From Alphaproteobacteria bacterium (GTDB lineage: Bacteria > Pseudomonadota > Alphaproteobacteria > Rs-D84), in contig JAFVFD010000004.1 of the NCBI GenBank assembly GCA_017475605.1, forward strand, positions 116,224 to 148,223: a DNA stretch of 32,000 bases. The letters are read 5' to 3'. A program made the translations under genes and the position numbers. Below, piece by piece: positions 1 through 7,466 of this stretch (positions within the stretch are counted from its first letter, which is position 1; the number at the start of each line of letters is the position of its first letter). The notes beneath the pieces are model-generated. The model had not been told where the DNA came from. It worked only from the letters and a program-made list of their open reading frames with translations, and did not search any database.

Positions 1-867
1 ACCAGATAACACGAAATCGCTTTCCGCCATGGGCAGATTTTCAACAATATATGCCTTGTCCCCGGCACCAAAAAGGCCACCATTACGAATCGCACGCAAC
101 GCAAAACCAATCTGACTGCGTGGGTCAACCGGCCCAAAAAGGTCCAGCGTTCTGTTACGGACGTGGGGCAAAAATGTAATCCCAAGTATCAACAGACCAA
201 TTCCACCACCAATCAAACTTAATGTCCATTTTGCCGGTAACCCCGCCATAACAAGCATTACCCCCAATGTTCCCACATACAACAACATTGTTCCAAAATC
301 TGGGTGCCAAAACTGAATTGCCAACACCAACATCAATGGCACCAAATACCAAACCCATGACCATGTTTTTACCTGGAATGCGGTGCGTTTAAGATTGAAC
401 ATATCATCGCCATATATTTCACGCATTTTCGCAATAAACCATGCGGTAATCATAACGAAACCAGGCTTCATCAAATCGGACGGCATCACATGCGGCAACC
501 CCGGTATCACAAACCAACGATGTGAATTATTCATACTGTGTGGGAAAACAACTGTTCCAATAAGCAATATAAAAAACACACCCAAATCAAGCCAAGCTAA
601 TGTAAGTACTGTTTTTTTATCCCTCATGCTGACCCAAAACAGTGTTAATACCCCAATCAAATAATACGGTATCATACGCAGAAAGAAATCATACCATTGT
701 ATGCTGTGTGCCAAATTCACCGTTCGCACAAACATCGCAGAACCACTTGATATCGCCATAAGCATCGCAACCAGCATCAGAAACAGCACCAACCCCAACA
801 ATGTACGGTCTGTTTCAAAATACCAACTGGTTAACTTACTTTCTTCGGTCCTGTTTAATTTGAACAT
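1..867 (-). CDS. ftsW: SEDS-family peptidoglycan glycosyltransferase FtsW/RodA, N-terminal 289 codons (C-terminus lies beyond the window edge)
   Basis: This ORF is absent from the supplied track because it runs off the window. My translation of the minus strand from the ATG at 867 is open to position 1. It gives MFKLNRTEESKLTSWYFETDRTLLGLVLFLMLVAM..., a multi-TM protein with SEDS landmarks: PSDLMKPGF, HPDFGTMLLY (cf. E. coli FtsW QPDLGT) and NLPMAESDFVLSG (cf. LPEAHTDFIF). It lies directly downstream of mraY. Confidence 0.8.
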   Translation of the reverse strand, partial: MFKLNRTEESKLTSWYFETDRTLLGLVLFLMLVAMLMAISSGSAMFVRTVNLAHSIQWYDFFLRMIPYYLIGVLTLFWVSMRDKKTVLTLAWLDLGVFFILLIGTVVFPHSMNNSHRWFVIPGLPHVMPSDLMKPGFVMITAWFIAKMREIYGDDMFNLKRTAFQVKTWSWVWYLVPLMLVLAIQFWHPDFGTMLLYVGTLGVMLVMAGLPAKWTLSLIGGGIGLLILGITFLPHVRNRTLDLFGPVDPRSQIGFALRAIRNGGLFGAGDKAYIVENLPMAESDFVLSG

Positions 868-887
868 TTAATAACCCACCTGAATGC

Positions 888-1976
888 CTATGCGAATTTA
901 AGAATCACCAATGCCAGCCCTGCAAACATCACAGACAAGATAAAGAATCTGTCCACGATTTTTGTTTCGGCCCAACCCAATTCTTCAAAATGATGATGTA
1001 ATGGGGCACGCAAAAACACTCGACGGCCCGTTCCGGTTGCAATACGTGTAACCTTGAACACCATTGTTTGAATAAACGAAGACAACAAAATCAAAACCAT
1101 CATACCGGCGGCAACACCCATGATAATTTCAGATTTTAACAACATCGCAACCGTTCCCATAAAGCCGCCCAATGCCAACGAACCAACATCGCCCATAAAT
1201 ATTGATGCAGGTTTCGCATTGAACCACAGGAACCCCAGCACTGCGCCAAATGCCGCGCCCAAAACCGCATACAGACCACTTGCATCTGGTAAAAACACAA
1301 CAGTATCCATAAAACCGATTCGTGTTGCGCCATACAATGCCACGACAAGTACTACCAACACCGGCAAATAGAGTTTCGACAACATACCGTCCAGACCATC
1401 AGTTATATTTGTCGCATTTGCCGAACCACATATCACAAAATAAGCAAACACATAATACAGCAACCCCAGCGGCCACGCAATCCATGAACCAAAAGCCAAT
1501 GACAAATCTGGCACATAGGCAGGCATAGTTTTATTTATCAGATATGTCAAAATAATCACAAAAACCGCTTCTACCGCTAAACGTGTTGACGGCTTCAATC
1601 CATTTGAAGCCTTGACCGACTGGGAAGAAACTTTTTTATAATCATCAACAAAACCCAACATTGAAAACATCACCAACGCCAACAACGCAATCCAGCCTGT
1701 TGGATTAGCCATTGGCATAAACAAAACAGACGATACAACAATTGCCAGCACCAGCAAAATACCGCCCATTGTTGGTGTTCCAGCCTTGGCCCGATGCGAT
1801 TCTGGGACATTTTCACTTATCGGCTGGCCCCGCTTTTGCCACGCATGCATCGCGCGTATAAACGGGCGACCCAAAATCAGCATTATTAAAAATGCCAACC
1901 CAAATCCACCTGCAAATTGTGTCCAACCACTTGCGAAAAAAGAATAACCGGAATTCAAGAAAAAATCAGTCAGCAT
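888..1976 (-). CDS. mraY: phospho-N-acetylmuramoyl-pentapeptide transferase MraY
   Basis: Polytopic protein with typical MraY blocks: NATNITDGLDG, GDVGSLALGGF, APLHHHFEL. The track ORF starts at a GTG (2009). I trimmed it to the ATG at 1976 (MLTDFF...), which follows an AAGGAG Shine-Dalgarno sequence. Confidence 0.93.
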   Translation of the reverse strand: MLTDFFLNSGYSFFASGWTQFAGGFGLAFLIMLILGRPFIRAMHAWQKRGQPISENVPESHRAKAGTPTMGGILLVLAIVVSSVLFMPMANPTGWIALLALVMFSMLGFVDDYKKVSSQSVKASNGLKPSTRLAVEAVFVIILTYLINKTMPAYVPDLSLAFGSWIAWPLGLLYYVFAYFVICGSANATNITDGLDGMLSKLYLPVLVVLVVALYGATRIGFMDTVVFLPDASGLYAVLGAAFGAVLGFLWFNAKPASIFMGDVGSLALGGFMGTVAMLLKSEIIMGVAAGMMVLILLSSFIQTMVFKVTRIATGTGRRVFLRAPLHHHFEELGWAETKIVDRFFILSVMFAGLALVILKFA

Positions 1977-2030
1977 AAAAATCTCCTTCTTATGCTGACA
2001 TTTTATCACAAAGTTAGTGGAAAATAAATC

Positions 2031-2330
2031 TTATTTGCCGGAACAATCAATAATTGTGTCATCGTCTAAAATAAGGGTCCATTTTTCGCCCTGATTCCAC
2101 AAAACCACAATCGTATCGTTCAATATTCCGGCATATTTAGCACCCGATGCCGAAACAACATGCGACAATTCCAGTTCATCACCGTTTATATTGGCCGTCA
2201 TTGTGTCGCCCTCTTCTGAAAAGGTCATTTCCACGTCGTATCCGCCACATTTTTGGATTTCATTATTATCTTCGTGATTACACGCAACCAGTGGCAACAC
2301 ACAAACCAACATATACAGTAATTTTTTCAT
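2031..2330 (-). CDS. mliC: MliC-family lipoprotein (membrane-bound inhibitor of C-type lysozyme)
   Basis: MKKLLYMLVCVLPLVAC is a lipoprotein signal with a lipobox Cys. The mature part aligns by eye to E. coli MliC, with the Cys...SASGAKY...W..G...C pattern (E. coli has ISASGARY). The start could instead be the ATG at 2348, which would be leaderless. Confidence 0.75.
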   Translation of the reverse strand: MKKLLYMLVCVLPLVACNHEDNNEIQKCGGYDVEMTFSEEGDTMTANINGDELELSHVVSASGAKYAGILNDTIVVLWNQGEKWTLILDDDTIIDCSGK

Positions 2331-2387
2331 ATATTCCCCCATAAACATACGACTAATTATATCACAATTTCTTGTGATGTAAAATTG

Positions 2388-4427
2388 TTAAAACACCCCA
2401 CCAACAACCGGGCTGGTATCCATTGTACTGCGGCGAGGTGCCGGATTTGGTTTTTGCCCGATCTTGAATGCTTCGGTAATAATAGTACCGTCTGGATCAT
2501 CTGTTGCGGCGGCCCCACTGCGACGATTAACCCGAACAAAAGTCAACCCATCTGGTACAGGGAACGGTTGGTTCTTTTCGTTTTCCAACGCAACACGCAT
2601 AAAGTCCGCAAACACACGCGCGGCCATATGGCTGCCTGCGCCCTTGCCCAACGGTTTTGGTGTGTCGTACCCCAGGTACACCCCCGCAATAAGATTTTTG
2701 GTAAATCCTATAAACCAAATATCTTTTACTTCATTTGTTGTTCCTGTTTTACCGGCAATGGTATGTCCTTCGACACGCGCCTGGCGACCGGTACCGCGTT
2801 CAACGGCCCCTTGTAATATAGAAACTATTTGATATAAACTCTGTGCATCGGCCAACGGTTCCGCATCGATTACGGTTTCTGGTGGCGTGGCATCTGGGGT
2901 CCATTGTTCTATTTCCGTTTTATTACCACCAATCGTACGACCATAACGATCCTGGATATAATCAACCAATTGCGGTTTTATCACATGTCCACCATTAACG
3001 AATGCCGAATACCCCAGTACCAATTTTTCTAATGTTGTTTCACCCGCACCCAAAGCCATCGCAACATTTATATTTTGCAGGTTTTCTGGATAAACACCGA
3101 ATCGCTGGGCCATTTCAATTGCGTTTTCCGGACCAATATCCTGGGCCAAACGAACGGTTGTAACATTACGCGATGTTTCAAGTGATAAACGCAACGGAAT
3201 ATCACCCAAAAACTTTTTATCATAATTTTCAGGCTTCCATTCCATACCGCCTTCGCGAATACCAACAATAGGCGCATCAAGCAATAATGTTTCCGGCGAA
3301 TACCCGCGTTCCAATGCCGCCAAATACACAAAAGGTTTAATCGTACTGCCAATCTGGCGATATGCCTGGGTTGCACGATTAAATGAACTTTCCGCAAAAC
3401 TGCGTCCACCAGTCATCGCCAATACGCGCCCAGTATGCGGATTCATCGCAATTATTGCACCCTGTAATTTATCAGTGCGACCCGCATTATACGCATCCAA
3501 TTCCTTGTTCAAAGCATCGGCCGCCGCACGTTGTAATTTTGGATTAATTGTTGTTTTGATATAAAGCCCCTGGTTATATAACACTTCACGTCCAAGGCTG
3601 TTTAATAATTGACGGCGTACATCTTCGGCAAAATACTGAAATGCCGCATCCATTTGCGCGGTAAACCCACTGTTAATGTTTAATTCTTCGGCCGCCGCGG
3701 CATTCATTTCTTCGCGGGTGATATAGCCTTCTTCCATCATACGACGCAATACATAATTACGACGTTCAACCGCACGCGCACGATCATTTGGTGCCTTGGG
3801 CAGTGATGCCAAAAACGCACATTCAGATAATGTTAATTCGGATACAGGCTTATTAAAATACATTAATGCCGCGGAACCAACCCCGTACGCACGCGCCCCC
3901 AGGAATATTTCATTCATATAAAGGGTCAAAATATGCTTCTTGGAAAAAGTGCGTTCAAGGCGCAATGCTAAAATAGCCTCTTTTATTTTTCGCGAGATAC
4001 TCCGTTCCGATGTCAGAAAGAAGTTTTTGGCCACCTGTTGTGTAATTGTGGACGCACCCGAAAAATTCGCATTAAATCCCAACGCGCGCGCACCATTATT
4101 TATAACCGCACGCAAAATACCCTGGACATCGATACCGGGGTGGGTCCAGAAATTCTGATCTTCGGCCGCGACAAAGGCATTAACCAACTGCGCCGGCATA
4201 TCGGCATAATCGATAAAGACGCGTCTTTCTTCGGCATATTCAATAAGTAACGAACCATCCGCCGCATAAAGTCGGGTCGCAACCGGTGGCGCATAGGTCG
4301 CCAATTTGCGATAGTCCGGTAAATCGTTTCCATAAATAAAGATTAACGCCGCCAATGCCGCAATTCCGGCGGTAAACGCCCAAAACACGATGTGTAATAA
4401 AATGCGTAAGAATCTTTTGAATTTCAT
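2388..4427 (-). CDS. mrcA: class A penicillin-binding protein (PBP1A-type bifunctional glycosyltransferase/transpeptidase)
   Basis: GT51 motifs are present (EDQNFWTHPGID, STITQQVAKN, RKIKEA), as are transpeptidase motifs (STIKPF, SRN, KTGTT). The TTG that begins the track ORF at 4466 coincides with a -35-like TTGAAA, so I trimmed to the ATG at 4427 (MKFKRFLRILL..., an N-terminal TM anchor). Confidence 0.9.
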   Translation of the reverse strand: MKFKRFLRILLHIVFWAFTAGIAALAALIFIYGNDLPDYRKLATYAPPVATRLYAADGSLLIEYAEERRVFIDYADMPAQLVNAFVAAEDQNFWTHPGIDVQGILRAVINNGARALGFNANFSGASTITQQVAKNFFLTSERSISRKIKEAILALRLERTFSKKHILTLYMNEIFLGARAYGVGSAALMYFNKPVSELTLSECAFLASLPKAPNDRARAVERRNYVLRRMMEEGYITREEMNAAAAEELNINSGFTAQMDAAFQYFAEDVRRQLLNSLGREVLYNQGLYIKTTINPKLQRAAADALNKELDAYNAGRTDKLQGAIIAMNPHTGRVLAMTGGRSFAESSFNRATQAYRQIGSTIKPFVYLAALERGYSPETLLLDAPIVGIREGGMEWKPENYDKKFLGDIPLRLSLETSRNVTTVRLAQDIGPENAIEMAQRFGVYPENLQNINVAMALGAGETTLEKLVLGYSAFVNGGHVIKPQLVDYIQDRYGRTIGGNKTEIEQWTPDATPPETVIDAEPLADAQSLYQIVSILQGAVERGTGRQARVEGHTIAGKTGTTNEVKDIWFIGFTKNLIAGVYLGYDTPKPLGKGAGSHMAARVFADFMRVALENEKNQPFPVPDGLTFVRVNRRSGAAATDDPDGTIITEAFKIGQKPNPAPRRSTMDTSPVVGGVF

Positions 4428-4437
4428 AACGAAACAA

Positions 4438-4466
4438 AGTGTAAGATATTTATTTATTATTTTCAA
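4438..4466 (-). promoter_or_regulatory. candidate sigma70-type promoter of the PBP1A gene
   Basis: The minus strand reads TTGAAA, a 17-nt spacer, TACACT, then 10 nt to the ATG at 4427. No Shine-Dalgarno sequence lies in between, which implies a very short leader. Confidence 0.4.
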
Positions 4467-4470
4467 TAAA

Positions 4471-4498
4471 AAGAAAATCGCCCATTGGGCGATTTTTT
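4471..4498 (-). terminator. intrinsic terminator downstream of the SuhB-like gene
   Basis: GC-rich hairpin aaaatcgccc-att-gggcgatttt, followed on the minus strand by a T-rich run. Confidence 0.7.
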
Positions 4499-4515
4499 AC
4501 AAAAAAACAAAAAAC

Positions 4516-5220
4516 TTATAATTCAATCAAACCGTTTGTCGCGACCAAATCCGCAGACATTTCGATTTTACCACCCGCCTCGCGTACCAATAAATCACCG
4601 GCGGCAATTTCTGCGAAATCCAATGTTTCGGATACAAAGCCATCAAATTTGCCCGATGCAACCCATGCCAAATCCAGTGCCGGACAACCGGTACGGCGCA
4701 CATCGCCCACCGTTTTACGATTATCAGTTGTGTTATAGGCAATTGTTAAATCGGCCGCATCTTTGATATTGGAAACACGTGTACGCGCGGAATGAAATGC
4801 GGAAAACACATATGCACCGCGTTCGCGTTCGGCATAATATAACCGTTCGTCAATTGGGGAATAAACCAGCGCAATCTGCGTTTCATCATTCGTACGCAAC
4901 GCCAATGAAATCGCAAAATGCGGATTTGCGCGAACAAAATTCGCCGCCCCAGACAATGCCAACACAAATTCATCGCGTCCATCACCTGCGCGGGACACAT
5001 TCGGGGTAAGCAAACCAGCATTCGGCCGCACCAGCATCAAATCAGACAAAATGCTTTCTTCGATTCTTGCCTCGGCCTTACTTACGAAATCACGCGCACC
5101 ACGCAATGATTGTTGCAGGTTTTCCACTTCGCCGAAATCGTGGCGCAAACCGGTTGCCGTACGTTGCAACGCCATAAACATCTTGTTTAATTCCGTTGAA
5201 CCTTTGATCAGCAATTCCAT
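4516..5220 (-). CDS. inositol monophosphatase/SuhB-family protein with degenerate catalytic motifs
   Basis: Aligns by eye along its length with E. coli SuhB (e.g. RRTGCPALDLAWVASGKFDGF vs RRTGSAALDLAYVAAGRVDGF, and AAGDLLVREAGG vs AAGELLVREAGG). The metal-binding block WVIDPLDGTTNF is replaced by EFVLALSGAANF. Confidence 0.7.
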   Translation of the reverse strand: MELLIKGSTELNKMFMALQRTATGLRHDFGEVENLQQSLRGARDFVSKAEARIEESILSDLMLVRPNAGLLTPNVSRAGDGRDEFVLALSGAANFVRANPHFAISLALRTNDETQIALVYSPIDERLYYAERERGAYVFSAFHSARTRVSNIKDAADLTIAYNTTDNRKTVGDVRRTGCPALDLAWVASGKFDGFVSETLDFAEIAAGDLLVREAGGKIEMSADLVATNGLIEL

Positions 5221-5243
5221 TTCGCGACCCCGATTTTATTTTA

Positions 5244-5456
5244 TTAGAAATTGAACCCAGCGAATTTGCTTTTGAATTCCGCAGCGCGTTGGCCCTTGTC
5301 CCCGGTGTTTGCACGTTGACCGGTCCACGCAGAATGGTTCAAGTTATCGGTTGATAAAACCAAATCTTTTTTAACCGAAGAATACATTTTCACAGTCTTA
5401 CCGTCAGTCATTGTGACGTTAATTTCGTGGTATTCTGGATGAATTCCTTTTTTCAT
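5244..5456 (-). CDS. rpmE: 50S ribosomal protein L31 (cysteine-free form)
   Basis: MKKGIHPEYHEINVTMTDG... is the canonical L31 N-terminus. The sequence contains no Cys residues. Confidence 0.93.
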   Translation of the reverse strand: MKKGIHPEYHEINVTMTDGKTVKMYSSVKKDLVLSTDNLNHSAWTGQRANTGDKGQRAAEFKSKFAGFNF

Positions 5457-5530
5457 AATATAACCCTTTTGATTTTAAAAGCCCCGTAATTATACATGGG
5501 TTTTTCGATAAATCAAGCGATATTCGCGAA

Positions 5531-6040
5531 TTAATAGCGACCAATGCACCCCAAATATGAATTGCCGGTCGATTCGAGTATATTTATAAACTGATTTTGA
5601 TTTTTGCCCGAAAACAGTGCCAAAATCGTTCCTGCATCGGTCGCCAACATATCCGCAACCGTCGCAATAGACGAATTCATTTTCTTGAAAAAGCCACTTG
5701 TTGGGTATATTTCCGCCGCAAATAACTGGTGTCCACCACGCATTGTTGCGGACGTTTCCGCCCGAATAACCATTAACTGACATTCCGGGGAAATAATCAT
5801 TTTATCCGTTACAACCGCGCCACCACCCAGCAATTCGCCCCACCAACCCGTCGATTCGCAAAACACAGGATAATAAACCGTCGCATCGGGGGTTGCTTCA
5901 AATATAGCCGGCAAATCCAGTTCAGACGTTATAACATCGGGCATTTGGCCGGTTGCGGTATTTATGACCTTGCGTGCCAACTGGTATGTTGTATCACCAT
6001 TTGTTTTACGCGGCCAATAAAGAATCGGAAACTGCTTCAT
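5531..6040 (-). CDS. hypothetical protein (169 aa), no family recognised
   Basis: Long ORF with coding-like composition. It has its own TcTGATATAAT element 8 nt upstream of the ATG. It lies downstream of the first membrane-protein paralog on the same strand. Confidence 0.6.
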   Translation of the reverse strand: MKQFPILYWPRKTNGDTTYQLARKVINTATGQMPDVITSELDLPAIFEATPDATVYYPVFCESTGWWGELLGGGAVVTDKMIISPECQLMVIRAETSATMRGGHQLFAAEIYPTSGFFKKMNSSIATVADMLATDAGTILALFSGKNQNQFINILESTGNSYLGCIGRY

Positions 6041-6108
6041 TGATGTGAATTATATCAGATTCGGTTCAGATAAAAAAGGGGTGCAAGTAAAATAAAGCGC
6101 TTGATTTT

Positions 6109-7395
6109 TTATTTTTTTATACTTTTGTAGAATTTCTGCAGGTTTGACCACATTGTATCCAGGTTATTTTTTGTCGTTTTATAGAAATCATCTGACACTT
6201 TCACATTGAATAACGTTTTGATAAGTGCCGGAATTGACGTCATAAACATCGCAACAAACACACCCATCATTATGATTGTTATGATGCTGTCGTTGCGCAT
6301 CATGATGCCGTCCATAATAATAGTCGAATCGTTTTGGCTTAATGCCGCACTTAATGCCGATGCCCCGCCCCAATCGCCAAACACCGCATTTAAAAACATT
6401 ACGGCAAAAGTTATAAATATCCCCGTCAATGCGATACCCAGTGCGCCCTGGACAACATCATCAACAATGGCCCTTATATTTTTTCCACCCGCCGGCAATA
6501 TTTTCCACCCGTTAAATATCCAGGACAGCAGACTTATTGGCAGCATAATCAAATCAATAGACAGTTTGATAAATATTTCCAGCAAGAATATTGGTATCGG
6601 CAACAATGCCACAAAAAACAAAACCAAAATCAGCAATCCGCCAAAGAAAATTGGAATATTCGGGAAAAATGGAATCCCCCACATAATTTTGTGCATATAC
6701 CTTTCATTAAATGCCATATTAAGCATTGTCCACCCAATCGTCAGCCCAAGGCCCGTCATCTGATGAACACTGGCCAATTCACAGGCAAGATTATGCCGCA
6801 ACTTTGGCGAAAATGCCCCGCGGGACGCGGCCTCGGTCGATACAGATACCGGGTCTGCTATTGCGGTTGCGATTACACAGGTGTTAAAAGCCTCGTCCCC
6901 GGAAACAACATGATTCATTGACATACCGACACTAAATATCGGTTCAATCGCAATATCGTTAATAAGTCGCGGTAACGGCGCGACCAGCAACGCGCAAACA
7001 ACCCCCAATTTTACGAATCGGGCGCCAAAATCACCGGTAATAGACCATGGTTCTATGTTTTTTGCGTTCATATAACTGGACAACAACTGCCACGCCAGCC
7101 AAATAGCCAACAATATAGCCGCAAATGGCACCACAACCACACCAAGCGCACTGTAAACACCCGGCAATATATTCGATATTGTACCAATAATATCGGAAAA
7201 CATTTGACACGACCAACATGTTGTAAAAAAGTTTAGCGCATCATTCATATTAACCGGTGCAGCGGTACGATATATTGAAAACCCCGCCAAAACACCCACA
7301 CCGGCAATTGCACCCACGACAAATGGAGCGACCGCCCCTGCCCCAAATGGCAGGAACGATAAAAATACAATCCAAAACTTTTTAAACCAATTCAT
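6109..7395 (-). CDS. polytopic membrane protein, paralog 1 of 5 (TrbL/VirB6-like architecture, tentative)
   Basis: 428 aa with many TM segments. It has an N-proximal CWSC followed by MFSDI, the LPRLINDIAIEPI motif shared with paralog 3, the loop Cys pair NTC...LACELA, a hydrophobic core ending ...IDLIMLPISLLSWIF, and a Lys-rich C-terminus (KSIKK). Confidence 0.85.
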   Translation of the reverse strand: MNWFKKFWIVFLSFLPFGAGAVAPFVVGAIAGVGVLAGFSIYRTAAPVNMNDALNFFTTCWSCQMFSDIIGTISNILPGVYSALGVVVVPFAAILLAIWLAWQLLSSYMNAKNIEPWSITGDFGARFVKLGVVCALLVAPLPRLINDIAIEPIFSVGMSMNHVVSGDEAFNTCVIATAIADPVSVSTEAASRGAFSPKLRHNLACELASVHQMTGLGLTIGWTMLNMAFNERYMHKIMWGIPFFPNIPIFFGGLLILVLFFVALLPIPIFLLEIFIKLSIDLIMLPISLLSWIFNGWKILPAGGKNIRAIVDDVVQGALGIALTGIFITFAVMFLNAVFGDWGGASALSAALSQNDSTIIMDGIMMRNDSIITIIMMGVFVAMFMTSIPALIKTLFNVKVSDDFYKTTKNNLDTMWSNLQKFYKSIKK

Positions 7396-7402
7396 ATTTT
7401 TA

Positions 7403-7436
7403 AGTATATCACATTTTGTCCCAAATGTGATATAAT
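7403..7436. promoter_or_regulatory. divergent back-to-back extended -10 promoters embedded in a perfect 12-bp inverted repeat
   Basis: tatatcacattt (7405-7416) and aaatgtgatata (7423-7434) are perfect reverse complements separated by 6 nt. The plus arm reads TGTGATATAAT (7426-7436), 30 nt before the ATG at 7467, which has an AGAGAGA Shine-Dalgarno-like run. The minus arm reads TGTGATATACT (7403-7413), 7 nt before the ATG at 7395. Confidence 0.55.
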
Positions 7437-7466
7437 TGAAAAGATAAAATATAAATAGAAGAGAGA

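Noticed and set aside
2361-2378. The inverted repeat atcacaa-tttc-ttgtgat just after the PBP1A stop, considered as an intrinsic terminator.
   Set aside because: The stem is only 7 bp and AT-rich, and no T-run follows it on the minus strand. It overlaps the TGTGATATAAT element upstream of mliC, so I report it as a possible operator or promoter feature rather than a terminator.
4428-4466. N-terminal extensions in the supplied ORF track that begin at TTG/GTG codons. They occur at 4466 (PBP1A), 2009 (mraY), 14788 (uvrD), 14824 (dnaQ), 23429, 30138 (GNAT) and 31141 (HExxH protein).
   Set aside because: In each case an internal ATG has a better context (a Shine-Dalgarno sequence or an adjacent -10 element). 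The extension also covers promoter or terminator sequence or an upstream gene end, so I trimmed these CDS starts.
5490-5783. A 97-aa minus-strand ORF overlapping the 3' part of the 169-aa gene in another frame.
   Set aside because: It is fully nested in a longer ORF on the same strand. It has no separate start signals, and its composition does not look coding.
6206-6763. A 185-aa plus-strand ORF inside membrane paralog 1. Similar antisense ORFs lie at 9511-9927 and 11969-12328 inside paralogs 3 and 5.
   Set aside because: Hydrophobic-protein genes rich in TTN/ATN codons commonly leave open antisense frames. The sense ORFs are longer and mutually paralogous, and they have coupled starts and stops.
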